DNA from: Bdellovibrionales bacterium
GTDB taxonomy: Bacteria > Bdellovibrionota > Bdellovibrionia > Bdellovibrionales > UBA1609
NCBI GenBank assembly: GCA_965199825.1
Contig: OZ241329.1
Span: forward strand, 256,001-320,000
Length of the DNA stretch: 64,000 bases
Direction: 5' to 3'
Shown: positions 50,368-61,549 of the stretch, in pieces
How the letters are laid out: each line of letters starts with the position of its first letter
Position numbering within the stretch: position 1 is the stretch's first letter
Program-made: the position numbers and the translations under genes
Notes under the pieces: generated by a model
Told to the model about the DNA's origin: nothing
The model's database searches: none
The model's input: the letters and a program-made list of their open reading frames with translations, nothing else

Positions 50368-51807
50368 GTGATTCGACTTGAAACCAAATCATTTATTGTC
50401 GCAAGCGCTTTTGTTCGAAGCTTTACCCAAGCCCAAGTTTCTTCGGATTCAAAAGACGCAAGCGCTTTTGTGTTTGTCGATCCCACTGATCAAGAGATCA
50501 ACAACTTAAAAGGGCGCATTATTATTTTTGGTGAATTGCCCGCTTCGCTTTTCAAAAATTTAGGAATTCAATCGGTCGCGGCTTTTGATCCCTCTTTGTT
50601 TGAATGCTCGCCTGCAGCCTTTCACTCCGCGAGTCAAAGTGCGGGTGTTGTTCATTATAAAGAACATGAATTAAATAAAAATCTTTTTGATCTCAACCGC
50701 CCTTTATGTCGATTTGATTTTTTGGATGAATGGAACAATTTAAATTTTGGCCGCATCAATAAAAATGATTTATTCGGAATTTCAAGTACGGTCGCAATCC
50801 CAAAAGAAAACGAACTCGCCCACATTGATCACTTAAGTTATGCGGGACTTTGGGATTTTGGGCATCAGTCTATTTTGTGGTTCAACCGCGCTGTGGGTCC
50901 GGTCGACAGTTCCGAGTGGACAATCGTTGAGAACTTTTTAACCGACTACCGGCCCGAATTGGTTGGTACACATCCCCGTTATTTGGAAATTCCCTATGGG
51001 ATGACTGCTGCGGTGACGATGCGGCTGGATTGTGACGAAGATATCCTTTCTGCGCGCCCTTTGTTTGAGCTCTATTCAAAAAAAAACTTACCCTTTTCGC
51101 TAGCAATCAAAACCGATATTCTGAATCAAGACAGCGTTGAATTCTTGAAAAATATTGATGTGCTCTCACATTCCCATTCCCATCCTGCAAACTGGGGGGT
51201 GAATTTTGAGCAGGCTTTGTTTGAAGCACGGCATTCTAAATATGTATTGAAACAAAAACTTGAGCGCCCCATTGAGATGGCGGTCTCGCCTTTTCACACC
51301 AATAAAGACTATTCGATCAAGGCCTTAAGCCGCACTCACTATCGGGCTCTTGTTTGTGGCATAATAAAGAATGATCCCGAATATTTGATTGCGCGTGCAG
51401 GTTATGTTGACGATCCCGATCTGCTTTTGCATTCGCAGCAGTGCATGCTCCATGGGGACTGTGTGCTCGACACCTCAGATCCCTTAAAGATTTACAAACA
51501 GGCATTCATGAATGCTCAAAGGAGCCAAACTTTTTTTGGTTACCTTGATCATCCCTTTAGCCCTCGCTATCAGTACGGCTGGCAGTCCGAAGAGCAACGA
51601 CTGAAACTCCATGATGAGTTTACCGATTTTATGATCAATAACGGTGCACAGTTTTTTTCAGAATCTGAGGCACTCCAATTTTTGATTCAAAAAAATCAGA
51701 GTTCTTTAAGTATGGTCGAACGACCGCTTACAAAATTAAAACCAGGAACCTTTCAATTAGCAGTGCGCTGGCGCGGTCAAACATTTGCCGCAAAGGATTT
51801 GAGTTGA
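50368..51807 (+). CDS. Polysaccharide deacetylase-like protein
   Basis: TMRLDCDED, SHSHSH, YLDHPF. Confidence 0.65.
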   Translation: MIRLETKSFIVASAFVRSFTQAQVSSDSKDASAFVFVDPTDQEINNLKGRIIIFGELPASLFKNLGIQSVAAFDPSLFECSPAAFHSASQSAGVVHYKEHELNKNLFDLNRPLCRFDFLDEWNNLNFGRINKNDLFGISSTVAIPKENELAHIDHLSYAGLWDFGHQSILWFNRAVGPVDSSEWTIVENFLTDYRPELVGTHPRYLEIPYGMTAAVTMRLDCDEDILSARPLFELYSKKNLPFSLAIKTDILNQDSVEFLKNIDVLSHSHSHPANWGVNFEQALFEARHSKYVLKQKLERPIEMAVSPFHTNKDYSIKALSRTHYRALVCGIIKNDPEYLIARAGYVDDPDLLLHSQQCMLHGDCVLDTSDPLKIYKQAFMNAQRSQTFFGYLDHPFSPRYQYGWQSEEQRLKLHDEFTDFMINNGAQFFSESEALQFLIQKNQSSLSMVERPLTKLKPGTFQLAVRWRGQTFAAKDLS

Positions 51808-52931
51808 AAAAGATTTTGATTCTGTTTGGCACCCGGCCAGAGGCCATCAAACTTTTACCACTCGCTGAGGCTTTAAAAAAAGATGGTCGCTTTCAGATTG
51901 AGATCGGTTCTACCGGCCAACATAAAGAGATGCTGGCCCAAGTTTTTAAGGTGTTTGATCAATTTCCAGATTTTGATCTCGAGGCAATGGAGCCCGCACA
52001 AAGCCTTACTTTATTGAGCTCTCGATTGCTCGAAAAACTCGCTAAAATTTTAACCCAAAAAAGACCAGACCTTGTGATTGTCCAGGGCGATACAACAAGC
52101 ACATTTATCGCAAGCCTTGCTGCTTTTTATCAAAAGATCCCGGTGGCTCATGTGGAAGCAGGACTTCGCACCCACAATAAATCGGCACCCTTTCCAGAAG
52201 AAATCAATCGCCGCTTAACCAGCGAATTGGCTGATCTTCATTTTGCCCCAACCCAAAGAGCAAAACAAAATTTGATTGATTCGCAAATTGAACCCAAAAG
52301 AATTTTTGTGACCGGCAATACCGGGATTGATGCCTTACTTTCAGTTAAAACTAAAATTGAAGGAAACCCCAGCCTCATTGATCCAGAAATTAAAAAGATC
52401 CTTGAACAAAATAAAATGACTTTGATTACTCTTCACCGCAGAGAGAATTTTGGACCTCCGCATATTGCAGCCCTAAATGCGATAAGCAAAATCGCCAAAG
52501 AATTTACTCACAAAATTTTTTTGTTTCCGATGCATCCCAATCCCCTTATTCGTCTTGAAGTCGAAAAACATTTATCGCATCAGCCAAATATTTATCTGGT
52601 CGAGCCGCTGGACTATCCCTCACTTGTTGCGGTTCTCAATCAGAGCGAATTGATTGTGACCGACTCCGGAGGACTGCAAGAAGAAGCGCCAAGCTTTCAA
52701 ATCCCTGTTTTGGTCTTGCGCGAGTGCACCGAGCGGACCGAAGCCGTCGAACAGGGGTTTAGCCGATTGGTCGGCACTGACCCCAAAAAAATTGAGCAAG
52801 AGATGCGATCGGCATTGAGTTCAAACCGTTGGCAAATGAGACTTAAAGATTTGCCAAATCCTTATGGGGATGGTGCGGCTTCGGCAAAAATTGTGGATCA
52901 TTTAAAACAAACAGAGAGTGATCTGTGGTGA
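51804..52931 (+). CDS. wecB: UDP-GlcNAc 2-epimerase (non-hydrolysing)
   Basis: FGTRPEAIK, QGDT, HVEAGLR, TDSGGLQEEA, NPYGDG. Confidence 0.96.
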   Translation: MKKILILFGTRPEAIKLLPLAEALKKDGRFQIEIGSTGQHKEMLAQVFKVFDQFPDFDLEAMEPAQSLTLLSSRLLEKLAKILTQKRPDLVIVQGDTTSTFIASLAAFYQKIPVAHVEAGLRTHNKSAPFPEEINRRLTSELADLHFAPTQRAKQNLIDSQIEPKRIFVTGNTGIDALLSVKTKIEGNPSLIDPEIKKILEQNKMTLITLHRRENFGPPHIAALNAISKIAKEFTHKIFLFPMHPNPLIRLEVEKHLSHQPNIYLVEPLDYPSLVAVLNQSELIVTDSGGLQEEAPSFQIPVLVLRECTERTEAVEQGFSRLVGTDPKKIEQEMRSALSSNRWQMRLKDLPNPYGDGAASAKIVDHLKQTESDLW

Positions 52932-54103
52932 AAGATATTTTACTTTTTTCTACCGCAGATTGGGATTCGCCCTATCTCACTAACAAACAGCATATGGCGC
53001 GGCTCTTAAGAGATCGTGGATTTCGAATTTTATATGTTGAATCCTTAGGACTTCGCTCACCCACAAAAAATAAAAAAGATTTAAGACGTCTCTGGAAGCG
53101 CTTAATTAAGGGACTAAAACCCATTTCTGAGGTCGAAAAAAATATTTTTGTGCTCTCACCCCTCACATTTCCATTTCAACAGCACCGAAAATGGGTTCAG
53201 TCTTACAATGCCTGGTTTTTAAGATTTCGAATTTTTATTTTCGGTATTTTAAGAAATTTTAAATCGCCACTGATCTGGACTTATCATCCCTTTATTTTAA
53301 GAGTGACGCGGCTAATGCCCCAATCAAAAATTGTTTATCACTGTGTGGATGATTTAAGTGCGGTGCCCGGGATTCATCCCCAAAACCTAAAAAATGCCGA
53401 AAACGAACTTGCTCCAAAATGTTTGGCGATATTTACCACTTCCATATTTTTGCAAAATCGAATGAGTGCGCTTGCCCCGGGACGCTGTTTTTATTTTAAC
53501 AATGTTGCCGATATCGAAAAATTTAGTAAAGCTCGCACAATGCCTCAACCTCCCCAGTTAGCCAAAATAAATGGGCTTAAAATTGGTTATGTCGGAGTGC
53601 TGAGTGATTACAAATTAGATTTTGGATTGATCCATGATGTGGTCAAAGCCAAGCCTGAGTGGCAATGGATTTTTGTTGGTGAAGAGCGCGAGGGTCAAAA
53701 TGATTTGGTTTTTAAACGAATTAAAACTTATCCCAATGTTCATTGTCTGGGTCATGTGGCCTATGATCAAATTCCGGCAATTCTTGCAGGATTTGATATT
53801 GCAATCCTTCCGACCTTAATGAATGACTATACCCGCTCGATGTTTCCGATGAAATTTTTTGAATACTTGGCTGCGGGATTACCGGTGGTTGCAACACCGC
53901 TTCCTTCACTTGAGGAATATTCCAATTTTTTTACCGCCGCCTTAGGTGCCTCAACATTCATTTCTGCGATTGAAAGATTAGAGCAGATTCCAAAAGCTCA
54001 AAGATCTTTAGATTTAAAAAAGATAGAAAAACAAAATTGGCAAAGTCGGCTGGATCAGATGTTTGAATTTTTAGATCAAGTCCGAAACAAAGGCATCAAT
54101 TAA
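52925..54103 (+). CDS. GT-B (family 4-like) glycosyltransferase
   Basis: YHCVDD, PMKFFEYLAAGLPVVAT. Confidence 0.9.
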   Translation: MVKDILLFSTADWDSPYLTNKQHMARLLRDRGFRILYVESLGLRSPTKNKKDLRRLWKRLIKGLKPISEVEKNIFVLSPLTFPFQQHRKWVQSYNAWFLRFRIFIFGILRNFKSPLIWTYHPFILRVTRLMPQSKIVYHCVDDLSAVPGIHPQNLKNAENELAPKCLAIFTTSIFLQNRMSALAPGRCFYFNNVADIEKFSKARTMPQPPQLAKINGLKIGYVGVLSDYKLDFGLIHDVVKAKPEWQWIFVGEEREGQNDLVFKRIKTYPNVHCLGHVAYDQIPAILAGFDIAILPTLMNDYTRSMFPMKFFEYLAAGLPVVATPLPSLEEYSNFFTAALGASTFISAIERLEQIPKAQRSLDLKKIEKQNWQSRLDQMFEFLDQVRNKGIN

Positions 54104-54928
54104 GCTTTCGGCCGATTTGCCATAATAGGGCGACCACGAAAAATGGGTTTGAAATCGGTTGCAATTGCCAACGATGGATTTGGGTTCGTTTGTGCGCACA
54201 CGAGAATTATCTATTTGGAGTTCGACCAGCTTGTTGCATCTTTGTGATAAAATCATTACAAGCTGCTTTAAATTTTTGGCGACACCTGAGCAGATATTAA
54301 ACACCATGGTTTCTTTAATCTTGTCGGACTGGTCACTTAGAATTTTTAGTGCAGCAATAAGATCTTGCACCGCACCCATATCTCGTTCGATCTCAAGATT
54401 GCCCACATCAATCTGATCTTTTAAAAGTATTTGCTGATACATCGAGGGTAAAAAGAAGTGGGCAGGTTGCGACTTGTGGGTGTGATTGAATAATCTTAAA
54501 ATCGCAAGTCGCCCCCCACACTCATATTGTCTTTTTTTAAGGTTGAACTCACCGTCCAATTTAGATTGAGCATAAAAAGTCTTTGGATCGACAGATGAAT
54601 CTTCAAACAACTCGCCATCAACTTCAGCATAAACATGGGCCGTACTTGGAAAAACAAAAACACAATGAGGATAAACCTCCCACAAAACTTTTGCGATCTC
54701 AGCTGGAGCATCTGAATTGATTTTTTGGCAAAGACCAGGATTGTCTGCACATTCTTTGACCGAACTGATCCCGGCAAAATGGAAATAAATTTTGGGAGTA
54801 TCGGGAAGCGAAGTTAAAAACGATTTAAAACTTTCAAGATCCAGGATATTTTTAAGAAACGGCACAGCGCTTGGCAATTTATTGAGCAAAGCTTGTCCGA
54901 GAAAACCTTGAGCGCCTGAAAGAATCAT
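54071..54928 (-). CDS. NAD-dependent epimerase/reductase, GDP-4-keto-6-deoxymannose reductase (Rmd)-like
   Basis: GAQGFLG, YAQSK, RLFNHT...[10 protein letters not shown]; coupled to gmd. Confidence 0.72.
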   Translation of the reverse strand: MILSGAQGFLGQALLNKLPSAVPFLKNILDLESFKSFLTSLPDTPKIYFHFAGISSVKECADNPGLCQKINSDAPAEIAKVLWEVYPHCVFVFPSTAHVYAEVDGELFEDSSVDPKTFYAQSKLDGEFNLKKRQYECGGRLAILRLFNHTHKSQPAHFFLPSMYQQILLKDQIDVGNLEIERDMGAVQDLIAALKILSDQSDKIKETMVFNICSGVAKNLKQLVMILSQRCNKLVELQIDNSRVRTNEPKSIVGNCNRFQTHFSWSPYYGKSAESLIDAFVSDLI

Positions 54929-55884
54929 TTTTTTAAATACTCCAAGTCAGCGTCGACCATCATTTTTACAAGTTCATCAAAATGAACCTTGGGTTGCCAA
55001 CCTAAAATTGTTTTGGCTTTGTCCGAATCACCAATCAACAGATCCACTTCGGCCGGTCGATCAAATTTTTTATTGTATTTGACATACTTTTCCCAATCGA
55101 GATCCAGAGCCTTAAACGCCGACTGAACAAACTCTTTGACCGAATGGGTCTCACCCGTAGAAACAACAAAATCATCGGGCTGATCTTGTTGCAACATCAG
55201 CCACATCGCCTCGACATAATCTCCGGCAAAACCCCAATCTCTTTTTGCATCCAAATTTCCAAGCACCAGTTCAGATTGAAGCCCAAGTTTAATACTTGCA
55301 GCCGCATGGCTAATTTTGCGAGTCACGAATTCAAGTCCGCGCCGAGGTGATTCGTGATTAAATAAAATTCCGCTAGTCGCAAAAAGATTAAAAGATTCAC
55401 GATAATTGATCGTGATCCAATGACCAAACAGTTTTGCCACACCATAAGGAGAGCGCGGATAAAACGGAGTTTTTTCGTTTTGTGGGACCGCTTGAACCTT
55501 GCCAAACATCTCTGAACTCGAAGCCTGATAAAATTTGGCTTTGGGCGAAACCTTTCTCATCGCTTCAAGCACTCGGGTCACACCCACCGCGGTAAACTCA
55601 GCGGTTAAAACAGGTTGGGTCCACGAGGTCTGTACAAAACTTTGGGCACCCAGATTATAAATTTCATCGGGACGCGATTCTTCAAGAGCATTTGTTAAAG
55701 AGCTTTGATCCAACAGATCCCCAGTCAAGAGCTCGATGTTGGGCATCAAATGATCAATACGTCCATAAACATTGGTACTTGTTCTCCGAGTGAGACCGTA
55801 GACTTTGTAGCCCTTTTTAAGTAAGAACTCGGCAAGGTAGGATCCATCTTGCCCGGTAATTCCGGTGATCAACGCTGACTTCAT
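54925..55884 (-). CDS. gmd: GDP-mannose 4,6-dehydratase
   Basis: [32 protein letters not shown]. Confidence 0.97.
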   Translation of the reverse strand: MKSALITGITGQDGSYLAEFLLKKGYKVYGLTRRTSTNVYGRIDHLMPNIELLTGDLLDQSSLTNALEESRPDEIYNLGAQSFVQTSWTQPVLTAEFTAVGVTRVLEAMRKVSPKAKFYQASSSEMFGKVQAVPQNEKTPFYPRSPYGVAKLFGHWITINYRESFNLFATSGILFNHESPRRGLEFVTRKISHAAASIKLGLQSELVLGNLDAKRDWGFAGDYVEAMWLMLQQDQPDDFVVSTGETHSVKEFVQSAFKALDLDWEKYVKYNKKFDRPAEVDLLIGDSDKAKTILGWQPKVHFDELVKMMVDADLEYLKK

Positions 55885-55920
55885 TTTTTTATCCTTTTTC
55901 TTTATAGCCTGCTAAGTTAT

Positions 55921-56700
55921 GTGACAAAGTCTCAAAAGATCGGAGCGCCTTTGGATTTTCAAAGCATCAACGTTGATGCGCTCAAAAAAAGCTTCGACCT
56001 CTTTGGGTCCAATAAGCCATTTAACCATGTGGTTGTCGATAATTTCTTAAATCCAAATTTGGCTCAAGAAATCAGTGATGAATTTATTAATTTCAATTCG
56101 ACACATTGGGTTCACTACCACAGCCCGATCGAAGAAAAAAAAGCCCTTAATGACTGGAATTTATTTCCCCCACTCAGCTATCAAATATTTTCTTTTCTCA
56201 ATTCAGAAACATTTTTGGCTCTTCTTTCCGAACTCACCAAAGAGCATCTCTTTGCCGATCCTGGTTTACATGGAGCAGGTTGGCATATTCACGGCTCTGG
56301 TGGAAATCTCAATCCCCATTTAGATTATTCGATTCACCCAAAGCTGGGGTTGGAGCGAAAATATAATATCATTATTTATGTTTCAAAAGATTTAAGGGAG
56401 CATCATGGTGGTCATCTTGGATTTTGGTCTCACGATAGCAACAATGAACAACCAAAAGAACTGATCACAGAAATTGCTCCATTATTTAATCGTGCAGTCA
56501 TTTTTGATACCACCCAAAATGCTTGGCATGGATTTAGTCGAAAGCTCAACACACCACCGAATGTGTATCGCAAAAGTTTGGCGATTTACTACCTTCGAAC
56601 ACCTTCGCTCAGTGCCCAAAAAAGACAAAAGGCTTTGTTTGCACCACGAGATATCGAAAAAGACGATCCTTCGATTAAAGATGCGATTCGCCTGAGGTGA
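55921..56700 (+). CDS. 2OG-Fe(II) oxygenase family protein
   Basis: PFNHVVVDNFL, HLD, WHG, RKSLAIYY. Confidence 0.85.
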   Translation: MTKSQKIGAPLDFQSINVDALKKSFDLFGSNKPFNHVVVDNFLNPNLAQEISDEFINFNSTHWVHYHSPIEEKKALNDWNLFPPLSYQIFSFLNSETFLALLSELTKEHLFADPGLHGAGWHIHGSGGNLNPHLDYSIHPKLGLERKYNIIIYVSKDLREHHGGHLGFWSHDSNNEQPKELITEIAPLFNRAVIFDTTQNAWHGFSRKLNTPPNVYRKSLAIYYLRTPSLSAQKRQKALFAPRDIEKDDPSIKDAIRLR

Positions 56701-57728
56701 AACGCCCTCAAGTCCTCATCATCAATAGAGCTTCAGTAGTCAAAGGTGCAGCACTTTCACGCAGTGTTGAAGAGCGGTTGTATGAACCGCTACGCGAAAT
56801 CGAACTTAAGCGGTGGATTGATCTTTCGATCGAAAATGAAATGGGTGAGCTTCATCTTAAAGCCTATACACATCTTGTGTTCAATCGAGGTCACAGTGCT
56901 CAATCCTTAACGCTCGCTCTGAAAGCCAAAGCTCTCGGACTTACCGTGATCAGCGATCTTGATGATTTGCCCATTTTTTTGCCCGATGGAGATTCAGCTT
57001 TCCTCGATGATCAAAAACAAAAATATTTTTTAGAGATTCTAAAAGCCAGTGATATTCTGGTTTGCTCCACACCTAAAATCAAAGAGTGGGCCGACTCTCA
57101 TTTTGCTCAAAAGCACAATGTGGTGATCCCAACCGGATTTGATTTCGAAAGATTCGATCAGCAAAGAGAAATCAAGTTTCACGGTTCACAAATTTTATTT
57201 ACCAATGCCGGCTCGCTCAAGCTTGGAAATTTCGGCGGCGACTGGCTCGATACCATGACGACTTGGCTTAAAAAAAATAAGTGGCGTTTGAGTATTTATG
57301 CCGATTTTATAGATTATTTTCCTGACGAATTCCCGATGGTCTCGCACGGCAGTGTGCCCTGGGTAAAACACAAGCTTGAAATCAATCAAAATTATTCTTT
57401 GGCAGTTGTTCCGCTTGCGGCTTCCGAAGATCCGAAGCATCTCAAATATTCAATTTTTAAAACTCCCATCAAATATATTATTTATGGAGGCTTGGGCATC
57501 TGCGGGATCTACTCAAAAACTCCGATCTATCAAAATGAAATTGAGGATCGGGTTCACGGCTATCTTGCCGACAACACTCGAGAGAGTTGGCTCGACGCAC
57601 TCGATGAAGCCGTCAACAACAAGGATCTTACAAAAAAAATTGTGACCAATGCGATGAGTGATGTTCGCCAACGCTACAGCAAAAAGATCGCAATTGAGGG
57701 ATGGAAAAAAGTATTAGAGTTGAATTGA
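56697..57728 (+). CDS. Putative glycosyltransferase
   Basis: SDLDDL, LAVVPL...KTPIKYIIYGGLG, HGYL. Confidence 0.7.
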   Translation: MKRPQVLIINRASVVKGAALSRSVEERLYEPLREIELKRWIDLSIENEMGELHLKAYTHLVFNRGHSAQSLTLALKAKALGLTVISDLDDLPIFLPDGDSAFLDDQKQKYFLEILKASDILVCSTPKIKEWADSHFAQKHNVVIPTGFDFERFDQQREIKFHGSQILFTNAGSLKLGNFGGDWLDTMTTWLKKNKWRLSIYADFIDYFPDEFPMVSHGSVPWVKHKLEINQNYSLAVVPLAASEDPKHLKYSIFKTPIKYIIYGGLGICGIYSKTPIYQNEIEDRVHGYLADNTRESWLDALDEAVNNKDLTKKIVTNAMSDVRQRYSKKIAIEGWKKVLELN

Positions 57729-58292
57729 CCAAGCATGTTCGGTCACACCAACAAAGGTTGTAAGACTCACATTCGAAAATAAGAAAGCCGGAAACAGATT
57801 GAAATTAATCTTTAAAAGATGACCACAAATACTATTGAGTGGGCCACCGTGAGTGACAATTACAAAATCGTTTTGCTCAACCAATAAAATATTTTGAAAC
57901 CCTTGCCATGCCCGATCGATCATCTCTTGGGTGGTCTCGCCCTTGGGATAACGGGCCAAGCGATCAGTCAAATGGTGGCGGAATTGAGGGTACTCGTGGT
58001 CGACCTCGGTCATCAGACGCTGGCTTAAATCACCCGTGTCGGTCTCCATCAATTCAGGATTGATTTTAATTTTTTTAAAACCGAGCAGTTTGGCAGTGCT
58101 GATACAGCGATTTAATGGCGAACTGTAGCATTGAAGATTTAAAAGCGATCGAAATTCCCTTTGTGTGCTTGCATCGAAGGCCTGCTCTTTGCCTTTTTGC
58201 GAAAGTGGCGAATCCAATTGGCCACAAACAATTTTTTGCACATTGGCTTCGGACTCAGCATGCCGGATCAGGTAAACTTTTTGACCCTTCAA
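57714..58292 (-). CDS. Histidine phosphatase family protein
   Basis: LIRHAES, SSPLNRC..TA, GET, VTHGG. Confidence 0.88.
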   Translation of the reverse strand: MKGQKVYLIRHAESEANVQKIVCGQLDSPLSQKGKEQAFDASTQREFRSLLNLQCYSSPLNRCISTAKLLGFKKIKINPELMETDTGDLSQRLMTEVDHEYPQFRHHLTDRLARYPKGETTQEMIDRAWQGFQNILLVEQNDFVIVTHGGPLNSICGHLLKINFNLFPAFLFSNVSLTTFVGVTEHAWSIQL

Positions 58293-59155
58293 GAAAGATG
58301 CCCTTTGATTTGCAAATACTCAGCTAAGGCATCATGCCACTCAGGCATTTTGTAATACTGATTCAGTTTATCGGCTTTCAAAACACTATAATGCGGTCGA
58401 CGTGCTCGCGAGCCAAACTCTTTTGCGGTGATTGGCTGAACATCGACCTCCAGATTTAAAGATCGGAATATTTCTGAAGCAAAATCAAACCACGTGCATG
58501 AATCTTGGCTTGTGCAATTGTAAATTCCAAATTCTATTTTTGGATTCTGAATAATTGAGACCACCGATTTTGCAATATCCAGGGAATGGGTCGGACTCAT
58601 AAATTGATCATTCACAACAGAGATCGGGCGATTTTGCTTGGCCAAACGAATCATGGTTTCAATAAAATTGCCCCCCTTGCCACCGGCACCATAAGCACCA
58701 AACACCGACGACACCCTGAGGACGATATGCTTTGAACAATAATTTCTGGCAAAAAAATCACCACTCGCTTTGCTTGCACCATAAACACTCAAAGGATCAA
58801 GAGCCGCCGTTTCACCAATTGGAGATTTGTGATTAGGACCAAAAACATAATCGGTAGAAAAATGGATCAACAAAATATTATTTTTTTGGCAATGAATCGC
58901 AATCTCTCTCACCGCAAAAGCATTGGTCCTAAAAACCAAATCGATTGCGCCTTCAGCATCATCGACCCGGTTATAAGCCACACAATTAATAAGGATGTCG
59001 GGAGTAAGCCAACCCGAAAGAGTCGCAGAAATATCGTTTGCGAAATCAAGATCTGCTCGGGTGACCGAGTGCACTTCGTGCGCTGTTAATGACAGCTGCC
59101 TCACCAAGTCTGAGCCCACCTGGCCGTGCGCACCTAAAATTAGAATTTTCATCAC
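58289..59155 (-). CDS. rfbD: dTDP-4-dehydrorhamnose reductase
   Basis: GAHGQVG, STDYVF, YGASK, DQFMSPT, RPHYSVL. Confidence 0.93.
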   Translation of the reverse strand: MMKILILGAHGQVGSDLVRQLSLTAHEVHSVTRADLDFANDISATLSGWLTPDILINCVAYNRVDDAEGAIDLVFRTNAFAVREIAIHCQKNNILLIHFSTDYVFGPNHKSPIGETAALDPLSVYGASKASGDFFARNYCSKHIVLRVSSVFGAYGAGGKGGNFIETMIRLAKQNRPISVVNDQFMSPTHSLDIAKSVVSIIQNPKIEFGIYNCTSQDSCTWFDFASEIFRSLNLEVDVQPITAKEFGSRARRPHYSVLKADKLNQYYKMPEWHDALAEYLQIKGHLS

Positions 59156-59216
59156 TCCGCCCCTTGCAAAACGACTTCTTAAGAAATTAATGTCATTGCA
59201 ATCTAAAAAGGGTCAA

Positions 59217-60530
59217 GTGCGAATCATTCATACCTTAAAAGGTCATTTGTTTTATCCACTGGTTGAAAAAGCAAGTGGGCGACAAATCTCCGAAAAATTT
59301 CAAAGCGCAAAAAATTTTTCGATTTTACCGTCGCAAAAAAGACGCGCACAGATTGAATCCTATCTCGAAGCGATCTTGAGCGAAGCCAAACTCAATGTCC
59401 CCTACTACAAAGATTTATTTCATCAAATTCATTTCGACCCGCGTGAAGTCCGCGGCAATATCAATGCACTTAAACAATTGCCATTTTTAACAAAAGATAT
59501 TGTGCGTGAACAAGGCGACCGACTTTTAAATCGGCGCTATGAACTCTCAAGTTTAGTCAAAATGAATACCGGTGGTTCAACAGGCGCGTGCCTGACGATT
59601 TCTTACGACCGCGAAGCTCTCGATTGGTCGGCTGCGGCCAATCGATTTGCGGTGTCGATGACGGGCGCAAGCTTTTCAACCTCAGAAGTGCATTTGGTCT
59701 CTCGCATATCACAAAAAAACGCTTATAAACAAAAACTTACAAACTGGGTGAAGTGTCAGGCCTTAAATCGAACAAATTTCGAAACTGACTTTATCACTGA
59801 GTCCTCACTCGAGAATTTATATAATACCATCCTTCGGACAAAACCTTTTTTGGTGCAAGGTCATCCCTCAACATTATATGCGCTCGCAACCTATGTCAGA
59901 GATTGCAAACCCACAAAAAAACTTTTTTCTGTTTTTGAGTCCACTGGAGAAACCCTGGATAAAAAGCGATTTCAGGTGATCAAAGACCAACTTCAGTGCA
60001 CCATTTTTAATCGTTATGGAAATGCCGAATTCGGGGTGATTGCCCACAGTATAGATAATCCCTTTCAACTCCAGCTTTTAGATTTTATGGTCTTGCCCGA
60101 GATGGTTCAGCTCGGCAATGGACTGTGTGAGCTGATATTTACTGGCCTGCACAATCGTGCCATGCCGCTAATTCGCTATCGGTCTGGTGATATTGGAAAT
60201 TTGACCGTCGAAAATAATAGGGTTCACATTGCCGATCTTCGGGGACGCATTCATGATCTGATGGAATTCGAGCGAGTTCATTTGCCGAGTCATTATTTGC
60301 TCGATGTCTTTAATCATCGTGGGGATGTGGATGATTTTCAGATTGTGGTACGTTCAGGTCAAAAGCCCGAACTTCGAATCGTTAAAAAAACCGACACTCC
60401 TTCTGAAAAAATCAAATCCGAATTGGCCAATATTTTGTCCAATCAAGTCGAAATCAAATTCGTTAGATCCGATCAATTTATTCTTTCTGGATGGAGAGAC
60501 AAATTTCGTTATATCGTGCGAGCCGATTGA
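59217..60530 (+). CDS. Phenylacetate-CoA ligase-like (CapK-like) adenylate-forming protein
   Basis: VPYY, LPFLTK, TGGSTG, STGE, YGNAE, MPLIRYRSGD, GR. Start uncertain (59190 or 59217). Confidence 0.85.
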   Translation: MRIIHTLKGHLFYPLVEKASGRQISEKFQSAKNFSILPSQKRRAQIESYLEAILSEAKLNVPYYKDLFHQIHFDPREVRGNINALKQLPFLTKDIVREQGDRLLNRRYELSSLVKMNTGGSTGACLTISYDREALDWSAAANRFAVSMTGASFSTSEVHLVSRISQKNAYKQKLTNWVKCQALNRTNFETDFITESSLENLYNTILRTKPFLVQGHPSTLYALATYVRDCKPTKKLFSVFESTGETLDKKRFQVIKDQLQCTIFNRYGNAEFGVIAHSIDNPFQLQLLDFMVLPEMVQLGNGLCELIFTGLHNRAMPLIRYRSGDIGNLTVENNRVHIADLRGRIHDLMEFERVHLPSHYLLDVFNHRGDVDDFQIVVRSGQKPELRIVKKTDTPSEKIKSELANILSNQVEIKFVRSDQFILSGWRDKFRYIVRAD

Positions 60531-61549
60531 ACAGAAATTTCTTTAAGCCAGCCCGAATTTTCAAGATACCACTCAATAGTTTTTTCAAGCCCCGATTCAA
60601 ATTCTTTAAACATCGGATGATAACCCAGTTCGCTGGCAGCTTTCGTAAAATCGATGGCATATCTCCAATCATGTCCTTTGCGATCTTGAACATGAACAAT
60701 TTGATCGCTATAGGATTTGCCGTCTGAGCGTGGTCGCTTTTGATCGAGCATTTTACAGATTGACTGCACAAGCGCTAGATTTGTTCGCTCATTTTGGCCG
60801 CCAAAGCAGTAACTTTCACCAGGACGACCTTTGTTCACTGCAAGCATGATCCCCTGACAATGGTCACTCACATGAATCCAGTCCCGAATATTAAGTCCTG
60901 TGCCATAGACCGGAAGATCTTTTTGGGCCAAGGCACATTGGAGCATATGCGGAATCAACTTTTCTGGAAATTGTTTAGGACCATAATTATTTGAGCAATG
61001 GGTGATCAGAGTTGGTAGATTGTATGTATGAAACCACGCTCTTGCGAGGTGATCACCGCCGGCTTTTGAGGCCGAATAAGGAGAGTTCGGCGCATAGGGA
61101 GTTTGCTCAGAAAAATATCCCTCATTTTTTAATGATCCAAAAACCTCATCTGTCGAGACTTGGACAAATCTAAACTTTTTTTGTTGATTCACATTCAATG
61201 TTTGCCAGTATTTTAAAGTGGCATTTAACAAAGAAAGTACACCTAGCACATTTGTTTGTACAAATTGTGAGGGATCACTAATTGAACGGTCCACATGAGA
61301 CTCGGCAGCAAAATTGATAACCACGGTGGGTTGAAAGGATTGAATCAAATCGGTCATCTGGTGCGTATGACAGATATTGGCATGAACGAATTCCCATTTG
61401 CCTTTAACGTCCTTGAGGTTCGCTTTATGGCCCGCATAGGTGAGTGCATCGACAATCAGAATCTCGGCATCGGTCTGTGCTGCAAGTGTAACAAAATTGC
61501 TCCCAATAAATCCAGCGCCCCCGGTGACCAAGAATCTTTGCGACGACAT
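60509..61549 (-). CDS. rfbB: dTDP-glucose 4,6-dehydratase
   Basis: VTGGAGFIGS, AAESHVDRS, STDEV, YSASK, SNNYGP. Confidence 0.96.
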   Translation of the reverse strand: MSSQRFLVTGGAGFIGSNFVTLAAQTDAEILIVDALTYAGHKANLKDVKGKWEFVHANICHTHQMTDLIQSFQPTVVINFAAESHVDRSISDPSQFVQTNVLGVLSLLNATLKYWQTLNVNQQKKFRFVQVSTDEVFGSLKNEGYFSEQTPYAPNSPYSASKAGGDHLARAWFHTYNLPTLITHCSNNYGPKQFPEKLIPHMLQCALAQKDLPVYGTGLNIRDWIHVSDHCQGIMLAVNKGRPGESYCFGGQNERTNLALVQSICKMLDQKRPRSDGKSYSDQIVHVQDRKGHDWRYAIDFTKAASELGYHPMFKEFESGLEKTIEWYLENSGWLKEISVQSARTI

